A stretch of DNA of 63,489 nt, filler included, from Reticulomyxa filosa (lineage: Eukaryota > Protista > Foraminifera), in the NCBI GenBank assembly GCA_000512085.1. It is 20 parts of 20 records of this genome, joined end to end, with 100 filler letters (N's around TTAATTAATTAA, not from the genome) between each part and the next. Parts side by side here need not be neighbours in the genome. Positions count along the whole stretch, not along the records: positions 50,235 to 51,772 come from ASPP01050687.1; positions 51,873 to 53,629 come from ASPP01014304.1; positions 53,730 to 54,809 come from ASPP01011963.1; positions 54,910 to 60,241 come from ASPP01010728.1; positions 60,342 to 62,198 come from ASPP01024724.1; positions 62,299 to 63,489 come from ASPP01026200.1; 14 more parts are not named here. The stretch is one strand, 5' to 3'. The notes beneath the pieces were generated by a model. That model did no database searches. It worked only from the letters and a program-made list of their open reading frames with translations, and was not told the origin of the DNA. Position numbers and translations under genes: made by a program. Positions 51,336 through 63,489 of this stretch are shown one piece after another (the first letter of the stretch is position 1; each line of letters starts with the position of its first letter).

Positions 51336-52039
51336 TAATATTAGCTATATATTAGTATATAACGTGATTATATATTTTATGTACTTCATACACAAATATA
51401 AAATATATGTATAAGTATCATTTATTATCATTGTCGTATAATTTGTTTAAAATGTATTTCATTTCGTTGCGTGTCATGCACCAACATAAAACAGACAAAA
51501 CAACTTCATACACTGCGATATGATGAATACAGGCTACTCGCGTTCAAAGCGTGGCCTGCTATTCCGGTCAATGGCATATTCAGTTCGTTCACGTAGCAGT
51601 GTGCATTTCGACGATAAAAGCCGCATTCTTTTTGCCGGAGATGTAAATCTCAATTATTTCAAAAAAAAAAAAAAAGATTGAAATGAGGAAGCAATCGGGA
51701 ACAACCCCAAAGAAAACAGAAGGAACAGGAATGAAGTAGCAAAGCATTAATTAAAAAAAAAAAAAAAAAAAANNNNNNNNNNNNNNNNNNNNNNNNNNNN
51801 NNNNNNNNNNNNNNNNTTAATTAATTAANNNNNNNNNNNNNNNNNNNNNNNNNNNNNNNNNNNNNNNNNNNNCAAACCCTGTCACAGTTTCAATTCTTTG
51901 TTGTGTCTCTTATCTTATACATAACACTATATATATATATCATTTTTTAATGACACCACGGATGCCATCAAAAAAAAAAAAAAAAAAACGAAAGAAAGTA
52001 GTGAAATTTTTAATGGGGTCTATATTTGTGTATGATTAC

Positions 52040-53590
52040 AGTTCAAATTGTGGGGATGTATTACCATTGGCTTTGTTGCCGGGCAGTTGATTGGATATTC
52101 CACTGGTCTGATTGTTATATACGTATACACGTTTATGTATATATTTATGTATTGTAATGTATATTTGCGTCATAATTAAGTCTGTGCCAAGGGTACAATC
52201 ACAACAGTCTTATTTCTTGGTAGTCAGCAACGCGTGAGGGAAAAAAAAAAACACACACACATACACTAGAGTATGCCACATCCATGTCACACTCGCCCAC
52301 CCAATCAATTGTGGAAAAAGCGAGAATATCCAGTGCGACGGTGGTGATTCAAGGAGTGGGCATTGGGATGTTGAGTACCATTGTGCCTTCGTTGGCCATC
52401 TTCATTACAGTTTTAGCCTGTTACCATTTGGTCGGGAGCTATGGAATTGCAATTGCTGCTGTTGGCATGTTATCCACGCTTGGAGCTATCCTTGCCGCCG
52501 ATGGTTTTTTTTTTTTTTTTTTTTGTGTGTATATTATTATGTGTATAATGTAAGAATGTTAAGAGTAATACGATTGCGCATAATCGCACTTACGTGTGTT
52601 TTTCCTCCCCTTTTTGCAAATAGCGTTTGGTCCGGTCGTTGACAATGCAGGTTTGTTTTGTATTTGTTCAACTTTGCTTTATTTATTTTAATTGGTATAT
52701 TTCGGATTTTGTCCAGGAGGTATTGCAGAAATGTCTGGCGTCGCCGAAAACGTACGCAAAACAACTGCAGTATTGAACCACGTGGGTACGTTTGTTAGTG
52801 TTTGATGTGTGTTTGCTTGAAGCAGTGGAGGGAAGAGCATTCTTGAGATTTGCAAATATATGGAAAAAAGAGGGTACATATTTATATCCCCTGCAAAAAT
52901 AAATAAATAAATAAGGCCACATTACTACTGCAACTGGCAAAGGATTTGCACTTGGAAGTGCCGTGTTAACGGCATTAGCGTTGATCTCTGCATTCAAAAC
53001 GGAAACCCAGGTGTCGATGATTGACGTGAGTAACTCGGCAGTGCTGGCGAGTGCTTTATTTGGAGCGTGTCTGCCGTATGTGTTTGCGGCATTGACGATG
53101 ACAGCAGTTGGGCGGGTGGCCTTGTCAATGATCCAGGAAGTACGAAGACAATTTGTTGAGTATGACTTGCTTAATGCCAACACCACCAATTTTGCCGGAT
53201 ACACAACGATGCGTTGCAATAATTGCCTACGCCAGCTTCCTCGAAATGACGATTCCTAGTTGTCTCTTGATATGCTCACCTTTGTTCATTGGCTACTTGT
53301 TAGGTGCAGAATCATTGGGAGGTATGTTAATCAGCTGCGTTGCAAGTGCGTTTATGCTGGCTGTGTTTATGGAGAATGCCGGTGAAGCGTTATGTTTGTC
53401 TTTGTCATTTCTTTGCTTGGTTCTTTGGTTGTTGTGGGTGGTTCATTGCAAATCATATCATATTCATTACACTTACAGATGGAATAACGCTACTAAATTT
53501 ATTGAAGCAGCGGAGCTAGGTGAACATGGAAAAGGATCAGAAACTCATAAAGCAGCAGTTATTGGAGATATCGTTGGTGATCCATTCAAA
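52040..53590 (+). CDS. Membrane H+-translocating pyrophosphatase (V-PPase family), C-terminal half, divergent
   Basis: YGIAIAAVGMLSTLG..LAAD|AFGPVVDNA|GGIAEMS, TGKGFALGSAVLTALAL, MTAVGRVALSMIQEVRRQF and HKAAVIGDIVGDPFK. Confidence 0.92.
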
Positions 53591-53729
53591 GTTATTTATT
53601 CTTCTTCAACAATTTTTTTTTTTTTTTTTNNNNNNNNNNNNNNNNNNNNNNNNNNNNNNNNNNNNNNNNNNNNTTAATTAATTAANNNNNNNNNNNNNNN
53701 NNNNNNNNNNNNNNNNNNNNNNNNNNNNN

Positions 53730-53771
<42 letters not shown>

Positions 53772-53859
53772 TACTTAAACAAAAAGAAGAAAAAAAAAAA
53801 TCAGTGAAATAACACAAAAAAAAAAAAAAACAGCGCCACCCCCGAACACTACGTTAAGC

Positions 53860-54724
53860 AATGCAAGTGGTCTATTGAGAGAGAACAAAGCGAAACATGG
53901 CAATGACAACGACAACGACAACGACGACGACTTGCAGTTTCGAAAACGAAGCATGTCGGTGAATACGGGCATGGCGCTCGCCGAGGAATTGGTAAGTACC
54001 CCTCACGTTGTGGAAGACAACTGCATTCGGATTGCAAGTGACAATGCCATTGATTTTTTTATAGCATGTTCACTGCCGGTGCTACGCCAGGGTTTCGGGT
54101 GCTTGCTGATCTCAATGTCAATATCATCGATCCCATGCAAGGCGAAAAACCCATGGCTCAAATGCAAGTGCGCAAAATTTTTTCGAGTAATGCAAAGCCC
54201 CTTTTGATCGACTCTTTCGTTCGAGATAATTCCAATACTCATACTGATAAGAAGAGCAACAACAACAACAACAATTCAGACCACAAAGAACCAGATTATC
54301 GCATTGTATCTTCCAATTCCTTCATTTTGAAAATGGGCGATGACTTGCGCAAAGACGCCGGCATTCTGTTCATGTTCCAATTCATGAATGACATTTGGAA
54401 ACAAAACTCTTTGAATGTCAAAGGATACCCTGTTCATGTCATGACTTACAAATGCGTTGCCATGGTATGCTTTATTTGTTTCCCTTTTGTAAATTTCTTC
54501 ACAGTCGATTGATCAATTTGATTGGTTGCCCAATCTTTTTAATAATACACTTTGGTGCACATTAGGGCCCAGACTTTGGGTGCATTGAAATGGTCCCCGA
54601 TTGCGTCACACTGAAAGAAGTCAAAGCTTTGAAAAAGAAATTCACGGAAAAACACTTGCTAAATTTGGTCACGTCTGCTGCTGGAAGTTATGTTGCTGCA
54701 TATGTATTGGGCATCCGCGACAGG
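53860..54724 (+). CDS. Phosphoinositide 3-kinase-family catalytic domain fragment
   Basis: KIFSSNAKPLLI, FILKMGDDLRKD, MNDIW, TYKCVAM|GPDFGCIEMVP and TSAAGSYVAAYVLGIRDR. Confidence 0.9.
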
Positions 54725-55029
54725 TGCGTCATTTTTTGCTTGTCTTTATAAACTTTTTCTTTTTTTTTTTTTTTTTTTTTTTAGCTCTATCGCGTTCACA
54801 TGAAATACANNNNNNNNNNNNNNNNNNNNNNNNNNNNNNNNNNNNNNNNNNNNTTAATTAATTAANNNNNNNNNNNNNNNNNNNNNNNNNNNNNNNNNNN
54901 NNNNNNNNNATATACATACATATATATATATATATGTATATGTATATGTGCATATATATAAACATATAGAAGCAAAAGCAGCGTAAAAATAAATAAAAAA
55001 AGGCTTCAATCTTGTTACACAAAGTTGAC

Positions 55030-58000
55030 AGACGCACCGTGTTTTCTGCGCAAATACCGCAAACATCAAAGGAGGGCCACAAAGGACATCTCCAAACACC
55101 ATCTGCCCAATTTCGAACTTGATGACATACTGAACATTGGAACTCACTGTCTTCCCCGTATTCTTTTGGCAGGTCTGGTGGTCTTCCTTCATAATATCGG
55201 ATAATGAATTTTGGATTCAGCACATGCAAAAACCCCTTTTTTTATTAATAAAAAAAAAAAAAAGTAAAAGTTGCAATGGACTCACAACCATTAGCTTTTT
55301 TTTTCCTTGATTAAAAGTCATGCATACATACAATACACAAAACTTTTTGCGATGAGTAATTGGACGAACCCACTGACCTTGGAGACTGTGCAATATATTA
55401 AAAATATCAAGTAAAAATATATACATATATAAAAAATGAACGATAAGTAAAAAAAAATACATTTGTGTTGTGTGGGTGTGTTCAAAAACTTCTCTTCCAC
55501 TTGGCGAAGCTGATCTCGATGCTCGTTTCATTTGATCTCGTTTGCTTTTGTCGGTAGGTGGGGGACCTTCGATTTTATATTGCTGTAGAGAACAAGATTA
55601 TTGGCAAAGGACGGAGGCAGATACCCGTATTATTGCCATTCGTTTAAAACTTGCGAATGAAGAAGCACAAAGAATTGAGATAGAAGCTTAACATCGTCTT
55701 TATCCTTATCGTATTGCCTGTTGTTGTCTGCATCGCCGCTCTCTTTTGCGCTTTCTCGTTTTGTGCGCTGTTTCAACTTTTCTCCGCTTTGCTCTTTCAA
55801 CAACATTTGGCTTGTTCGTTTTCGCTCCAACTCAATTTGTTTACGACGATGTGAGGCCTTAGGTCCCGGAAGGACAAATGTCCCTGACTCGCTTCTTCCT
55901 TTGTTTTGACTGTCCACGTCCTCTTTTCCACGTTTGTTCTCGAGCGCACGTTTTTCAACTGGAAAAGGATCATAAGTCACTTTGTTTCCAGAGGGCTTTT
56001 GTTGATGCTAATGATCAATATGAAAACATAAAAAAGACTGAGTGTATGCATGTCCATATTGTATATACGTAATATATAAATGTAATATATATATGCATAT
56101 ATGTATATGTAATGTGAGTATGTGTGTTTGAATGACCTCTGCTTTTCCTCCATTCAATGTTTTCAAAGGAAAAAATCTTTGTTGGCCAGTCCAAATGAAA
56201 GAAATCAATTTGGCAGTGCGCAAATGGTCAAAGTAGTGATGACCACAAGCTTGGATGGAAGAGAGATTGAAATGGGGTTGCGGTGTTTGCGAAAGTGCGA
56301 CTTTGGTGGCACTAGTGCCGATCACCTCGCCACCAAACACATAATGACACATCTCTTTGCACAACTCCACACACGTTCCATTATATTCGACGTCAAACAC
56401 AAGTTTCTGTTCTATCTTCAACGACTCCTTTTGCGAGTCGAATGGATTCGTGTCGCTGTCTACGCGTCCAGTATGCAGACAAATACCAACACGTAAGCCA
56501 CGGAAGCTTTCTTTTTTTTTTTTTATATGTTCAAACATAAATGAACAAATGATGTATCGACTTTGAAGGGATTTGGATGAAATGACAAAGATAAGAAAGG
56601 GAAAAGACCAGAAGGTTTGCCAACATATAGAATCTTTCCACTTTGTTCCAAATCTAAATAAAATTGAGGCCACGAAGCAGAAAATAAAGCTTCTTGAATG
56701 GCCAAGGCACAATCCAAAGCATAGTGAATTTGATTAAATACGACAAAGTAATCATACACTTTTCCAACAGTCGATTTTTCGATTATGTAGCCATGATATC
56801 GCTTTACGTGTTTTTCAATCACTTCATTGTGAATTGTTAGCAGTTGTGCCATTTGCGAGCTGTTCAGCTCATTCGCTAGCAATATTTTATTTTCGATGCA
56901 AGTACATAAGAATGTTAAATCAGGTCCTGTTGGCGGGTTCCTGCTGGCCATTTCTGTCAATGACATTTGCGATTTCTGTCCACATCATTTTTTTAATAAA
57001 AAAAATAAAATATGTATCACTCCCTTTTGGCAAATTACATTTGTATGGGTGTGCGTTTTTTGTTTGTTTTTTTTTTTTTTACGTAAAAAAAATAAAATAA
57101 AAAAGTTAGAGGAGAAAAAAAAACCAAAAAAAACGGACAATTCGGGAATGCTTTTCGACATTGGCACTTGGACCAGAAAATGTTTGCAGATTCGTTCTCG
57201 ATCGTATATGACCAGGAGAAACAATTGCCGTGGGAGACGAAGAAGTAGGAGACGTGTTGGAATTGTTGCCTTTTTTTTTTTAATCGTCAAATGTGTTGGA
57301 GGTGCAAATGGATTTTCATTGACGATCAATTTCATTCCAAATTCATTTGTTGCATTGATAGTCGATTGATCGTTAGTAGTATTATTCGTGTTCGATGTTG
57401 GAATAGTAGCAGTATTAGTATTAGCGGTATTAGTATTAACAGTATTAGTATTAACAGTATTAGTATTAACAGTATTAGTATTAACAGTATTAGTATCAGC
57501 AATAGAAGTATTGGCATTGGTGTTAGTGTCATTGCTCGCAGTAAACAAAGAAGGTTCCAGTCCTGGCAAATGTGTAAATGTTTCTACACTTGGAATTAAA
57601 TTAGATCGCAATGGATTTGATTCACTATTTAAATCAATACCAAGTGCATTAGGATCATCGCCAAATGAATAGAACTCGCTCTTCTTTGTTGTTGCTGTTG
57701 CTGTGGTTACCGTGTTTGTTTCAGTTGGCGGTTTTATTTCTTTTTCATTGTCTTTGTCATTGTCTGGACCAATCACTGGGTTTGCATTTGCTTCTTTTTT
57801 TGTCTCCTGTGTCCTTTTTTTTTTTTTTTAGAAATCCCTCAAAGGGTGGACCCTTAAACATATGGACAATTTGTATTTTGCTTTTTTTTTTTTAGTTTTA
57901 TTTCACAAAGTTGTCTAACATTGCCAAGATCTGAAACTTCTGATTCCAGATCTCCTGCACTTTCTGTGTTTCCACGGTCTGCTGTCTCTTCTCGGTTATC

Positions 58001-58270
58001 CACACCACTCACATTGTCCAAATCAGAATCCGAATCAAAATTTGTTTGATATTTTACTTCATTGATCATTCGTTTTTTTTATTTGGCTTTGGCTCACGAG
58101 TTTATTTGATTAGACAAACACAAACACTCATCCCAATGTCCTTACCTGGATCTGGTCTTGCAATGGATCCTCTTCTTTGTCGTGACATCTGCATGTCTGG
58201 GTTGTCTCGCACTGGTGGCATCTCCTTTAAGCCCCATCCACTCGAGTTGGCTGGATCACTGCTTGTCATT
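55030..58270 (-). CDS. Multi-exon protein with low-complexity N-terminus, degenerate class III nucleotide cyclase domain and C-terminal ZZ-like zinc finger
   Basis: PPTGPDLTFLCTCIEN...IHNEVI..HVKRYHGYIIE...ALAIQEALFSASWP|FRGLRVGICLHTG...YNGTCVE...GGEVI follows the layout of fungal/trypanosomatid-type adenylyl cyclases. CSVC...VWRCPLWPSFDVCGIC lies at about 55040-55140. Linking all exons into one gene is inferred. Confidence 0.65.
57405..57500. repeat. 15-bp tandem repeat (TAACAGTATTAGTAT)n encoding NTNTV on the minus strand
   Basis: About 6 units seen directly. Confidence 0.85.
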
Positions 58271-59065
58271 ATTGCAGTGAGGTATAGTTATATGAAACAA
58301 CAAAATATCCTTATTTTTCAAACACAACGTTTATCTTGTTGAATAAGATTATATTTATTGAGAGGGACAGCGACAAAAAAATTTCAACTTGCTCTTTGGA
58401 CGAACGAATTTATTAAATATGTGTATATTTTTCATTTTTTTTAAATGTGGAAAAGGAGATGAAATTTGAATCACAATCCAAATTTACAAGTTTTTAGTCA
58501 CACTACATTTTCACACATCGGAGTATTTACATGTGAGAAACACAGAAAGGTCATTTGTGCACCATAATAGTGCGTAAAAGATTGCATTTAGGTCAGGAAA
58601 TACTGTAACAATCACATCTTCAAACCCAACACGCCCGAAAGAAGAATCATGGAGAAAAAAAAGTAAACAAAAGAAACTCATTGTAGCCACAGAAAGGCTT
58701 GTGGACGACCTTCATGGAGAAAAAAATCCATACGCGGTTTACAAAAAAACAATAGAAAGAACACCAACCCAAAAAACAAAAAAAAAAGGAAGCCATGACG
58801 ATCATTGAAGTAACCCTGACCACGATTGAACAGTAAAAAACAAAAAATGCACACAAATGGAAATAAAATAAGGACAAAAAATACAAAAAAAATAATTTAT
58901 AATAACGTCAGAACAAGTGTAAACGCTAACAAAGAGGGCAAACAAAGACAAAAAGTCAACCAAACCCATCTGTGTGTTTGGCATGGTTCCTCCAAAAATC
59001 AGTAAAAAAAAAAAAAAAACAGAGAAAAAACAAATAAAAAGAAATCCCCTCCAAACAAAATGAAT

Positions 59066-60126
59066 TCAGAACAAGACTTTTTTGGGAAAAATCTTGAAAG
59101 AGGTATAAACATATTTCAGCTTGGTAAATGATCGAATCAATTGCGACAAACTTGTGGCAACTCGTTTTTGTGTGACAGTTTTGGAAGCGTTGGTTTTTTG
59201 TTTTCCGGTAATTAAATATTGATCCTTTTGGATCCTGGTGAGCAAGATATGACTTGTTTGTTGCAACTTTTTATCGTAATAAGACAAGACTAAGCCTCCA
59301 GGTACAGTAGTGGACAATCTCAACGTGAAAGTCCCTTTTGGACAATTTTGCAATACTTTTTCACAAAACTCTCGAGTCATAAAAAAGTCCAATTGAACGG
59401 CTTGGGGAAGAGATTGCGAATTTTTTAACACAAGTCCATCCGAGTTACGTTTTAAGCGAGTAGTTGCACTTTTCATGTCATCTTCTTTACTTTCATTTTT
59501 TGGGTCATTGTTGTTGTCGTCGCTTTGTCTGTAATTGGTTTGGTGTCTTTTTCGTTTTTCGACGTGTTGACCAACTTGCTGTTGCTGTTGCTGGTACGTC
59601 GTTTCTGATTATCTGTTAATTTACCAGTTTTTTCTTCGTCCTCGCTACTTTCATCCTCATCATTCTCATTTCTATTGTCGCTGTCATTATAACGAGTATT
59701 CTTATTACCAACGACAGTGACCGGACTGGAGAGCAGCAGACTGTTCTTTCGAGACGGCACTGGATTACTTTGAGCGCCATTGCTCATGGACGACTTTAGA
59801 GAGGGAGGAGCAGGGGGAGGGGGATAATCACCATATTGTAATGCAATGGCTCGATGATCGATCCCATCCCACAAATGTCGTAACTCAGACATCAAGTGAC
59901 AGCAACTAATAAACCAAGTCCAAAACATTGAAAACTTGTGCAAACTAATATACAACTGATCACTGTCGTAGCTTTCGTGTTCGCTCTCATAACGACTTTG
60001 CCCCTCTTTCGTCAGTGCATGTTTCGCAAACACATATTCCAAGTCCTTTTGTCCAGGTAGACGATGGCAACGAACACGGCGTTCAAATTGTTGACATAGT
60101 TCCACATATATCGCATTGTAATACAA
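59066..60126 (-). CDS. STAT-like linker + SH2 domain protein, C-terminal part
   Basis: ISLHKFSMFWTWF...LRHLWDG (STAT linker FW.WF...lW..G), then FFMTREFCEKVLQNCPKGTFTLRLSTTVPGGLVLSY (SH2 GTFLLRFS...GG). Frameshift or short intron near 59475. Confidence 0.75.
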
Positions 60127-63100
60127 TCTTGTTACATCAAAACGATTGCAACACTTTTTTTTTTTTTTTTTTGTTGGATATTTTTGTGTGTGTTGTCTGT
60201 ACTCCCTTCTTCTCTATTTTTTTTTTATTGATTCATCAAAGNNNNNNNNNNNNNNNNNNNNNNNNNNNNNNNNNNNNNNNNNNNNTTAATTAATTAANNN
60301 NNNNNNNNNNNNNNNNNNNNNNNNNNNNNNNNNNNNNNNNNAATAGTCGAACCTGGAGACAGTTCAGCAAAAATTGCATGCGCTCTTTTGACAAACGCAA
60401 GACACATAACTCTTGCAATGATTCTCTATATTCACCAATTATCAACTTTCAATGTTGCCTGCGAGGTTGCGATTCCTTCCATCAGCACGAGCATGACTCA
60501 AAATCCAAATTTGCGCATATGCGCACGCACATGGCCAGTTTTTACACGATTGCCCAATATTGTGATTCGTTTATAAAATTAGTGCAATTTCCATACCGAT
60601 TGAGTTTCACTTGCTCATTGCAGTTCGACACAATCTTTGTGAACAATTGTTGGTATGGCAAAGCACAGAAACTTGTGTCCACATACGTTGATGACAAACA
60701 AGTTCTTTGACGACTTTGGTATGGAAGAACGCAAAGTCAATAAAGCCGGCCGACTGATTGTTGTTTTTTTTCCTTTAAACAAATCATTGTCATCCTAATC
60801 ATCTTTCTCTTTCTTGTCCTGTGATTGTCGAACTAAATTGAACCACTCTTGAATCATAATGTCCAAAGTCTTCTTTCTTTCTTATTGGTGAGCTTTCTTT
60901 CATATTTGGCGGCACCATTGTCTGCGATTGATATGATAGAATCTTGCCAACTGTTCCAACTACATATCGTGCTATTTTCCAACTACAAGCTCATCTTCTC
61001 TTGTCTCCGTTGTGATGAGAAACATACTTTGGCCTGATCGAATGGATGTGAGAATTTGCAATGAGTGACTGTACAATTTCCATATTCCTTTTTACTATTA
61101 GACTTAGATCGCATTTCGACTCTATCTTTGATGCTTTGCCAAGCCAAGAGTTCTCTGCAACTTTTGCTCACCTAAGTTGATGGCAAGCATTCTAATGTTT
61201 GTCCAATTGCCAGACATTTCCAAACTCATATGTAGTTTCAATTGGGGCGCGATGTGTGAAATTTGTCCAAGTCTGCAAGTGGCGGATTTGCGTGTTTCCG
61301 GACATAAAGATCATTTCACCAAATTTAACTAAGACGGCGTGCTTGTTGTTTTTTTTCTTTCAAACATAACGTGATACTTACTTGTTTTTTTCTTTTTTTT
61401 CGCCTTTTTTATTTTTTTTTCTCTTTTGCAATTTTTTTTAATCTTTTTTTATTTTATTTTTCTTTTAAATTTTTCAACACTTTATTTTATTTTCAATATT
61501 TTTTTCATTTTTTTCCATTCATTTTTATTTTCTTTAATTTTCTTAAATAAAAATTTTTCAAAATAATTTTCCCACTTCATTTCTACTTTTTCCCCATTTG
61601 TTTTCCCCTTTATTTTCCCCTTTATTTTCCAAATTTTTCCCATTTATTTTCCACTTTTTTCATTTATTTTCTTCCCCCCAAATTTCACTATCACTATTAT
61701 TCAAACAGAAAATATAAAAAATACGTTTTATTTTAAACAAACAAACAACAACACAAATTTGCGACGGAGCTAAAAGCTCTAATTCCAATATATATATATC
61801 TATTTTTTCTTTTGTACGGAGAGGGGGTAAATAAAATTTTTTGTTGATGGGGGCATGCCTATTGACAACACACAAACATTTAATAAAAAAAAATAAAAAA
61901 TAAAAAACATAAAAGATACAAACATTTTAATTTTTTTTGCAACGTTGGGTGGCTTCAACCCCGAAATTGTTCTTTGTGTGGAGTCGGTAGTGGTACGTAT
62001 ACAGTTTTTTTTTAACAGACTGGTTAAGGCTGTTATGAAAAAAAAAACAACGTCAATTATGTAAAAAAAAACAAACGTATAAATATATACCAAACCATTT
62101 GTACTCCTTGCGGAGACGGGGGGCCTTACCCCTATTCATTTTTTTTTCTCTAAATGAATGATGAACAGCAGCCAAAAAAGACATCTTTTTTTTTGTTTNN
62201 NNNNNNNNNNNNNNNNNNNNNNNNNNNNNNNNNNNNNNNNNNTTAATTAATTAANNNNNNNNNNNNNNNNNNNNNNNNNNNNNNNNNNNNNNNNNNNNAA
62301 TTAAAAAAAACAAACATAGATGTACATATATATATATTTTTTCTTTGCGAGGGGGAATCACTATGACATCAAGTACACACAATCACATTGTATAGCAAAA
62401 GATTAATCATAAATAAATAATATATACAAACCTTTTTTATTTTTTCACATGCGGGGTAGAGTTCAACCCTAGTTTGTTTTGTGTGTGTGTGGTACAGTGC
62501 ATAAAGGTGAACAGTTTTGGCGCAGTGGGGGAATCCCTATTCAAACACACAACAAGCTATTATTTTTTAAAAAGAAAAAATAAAACAAACCTTATTTTCT
62601 CCTTTCGGAGACGGGGTGGTCTTCTACCCCTTATCTTCTTTTTTTTTCATCACAGCGGGCCTATTGTAAACCATACACAAGTCATAATGTCACATTTTTT
62701 TATTTATGTATACTTTTAAAAATTTATAACTTATATATAAAAAAAAGAACAGTTTATACCTGGAAAAAATTGTTGTGGATGCAAGTCGACAGCGTTTGTG
62801 AGAGGTCATGGGCAAATAAAATATTTTGTTGGGATCGATGCTGGCGAGATTGTGAAGAGATGGCAATCAGCCTTTTCATCTGGCAATTTGAATATGTTGG
62901 AGGCTTCGATTGCGTTGTCAATATTGTAAGTAGCATGGGGGCTCCATCATATATATCCACCAACAATATTTTCCAGTGTTGAGTTCCCCCCAATTATGAA
63001 GCCTTTGTTCTTGATTTTCCTCTCCACCATTGCTCAACGCTTTACATATCATTTTCAACAAGCGGAGCATATTCCATTTGCTCAAACAGGTCATAGTCTA

Positions 63101-63489
63101 TGTTATGTTTTAAATACAAAATCAACAATTTTTTTTAATAAAAAAAAAATAATATGTTTCCTTTTTTGGTTACTAACTGTACATTTGTTTCGCTGAAGCC
63201 ATTATTACATCGCGAAAATGATGTCGTTTTTGCTGGTACTCCAACAACCCACAAATTTTTCTTTGGTATTTGTTTTTGCATACCATATCCATGTATTTTT
63301 ATCAACGTATTGACCTTGTCTACTATCAAGCTATTGTAATGTTTTGTTTATTTAAAATAAGTGCTTTTGTGCTAGTTCTTTTTTCTATGAAAAGATTGAT
63401 GATAGTGATAAAATGAAAAAATAGATGACATTGAGAAAATAAAAAAATTACTATTTTGTTAATTACTAGCGCCAGCCCAATGATAAATG

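Noticed and set aside
12658-62298. Regularly recurring TTAATTAATTAA flanked by Ns as a biological repeat or CRISPR-like array
   Set aside because: Identical 100-bp artificial linkers joining contigs. ORFs ending in X...LIN are artefacts.
60342-63489. Possible minus-strand genes (CCCH-like motif near 61050; ORF pieces at 62754-63329)
   Set aside because: I could not build a consistent spliced model or identify a family by eye.

Overview
AT-rich eukaryotic (protist) DNA made of 20 short, unrelated contigs joined by 19 artificial 100-bp spacers (N44-TTAATTAATTAA-N44), so gene neighbourhood across spacers means nothing. Intron-rich genes, long homopolymers and the style of the WD40 families suggest a foraminiferan such as Reticulomyxa (inference). 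Recognisable genes: a Chk2/Rad53-like FHA kinase, RRM and SR proteins, ERH, a class C GPCR, a RasGEF, ankyrin, EF-hand and LRR proteins, a DIS3/RNase II fragment, a 16-repeat pentapeptide-WD40 protein, a BRWD-like WD40 protein, a divergent H+-pyrophosphatase, a PI3K fragment, a pseudo-cyclase, a STAT-like linker+SH2 protein, and decayed LINE and Tc1 elements. The main discovery is a 3-exon gene at 10163-11408 that the ORF track splits into three pieces. It encodes a heterotrimeric G-protein gamma-like subunit interrupted, between its NPF motif and its CaaX box, by a complete 168-aa intein-like Hint domain (C1...TxxH...HN) followed by a non-canonical +1 Lys. Excising the Hint domain would give a 71-aa G-gamma of normal size. 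The second highlight is a 2'-5'-oligoadenylate-synthetase-like nucleotidyltransferase at 39584-41626. All calls come from reading motifs by eye; no searches were run.
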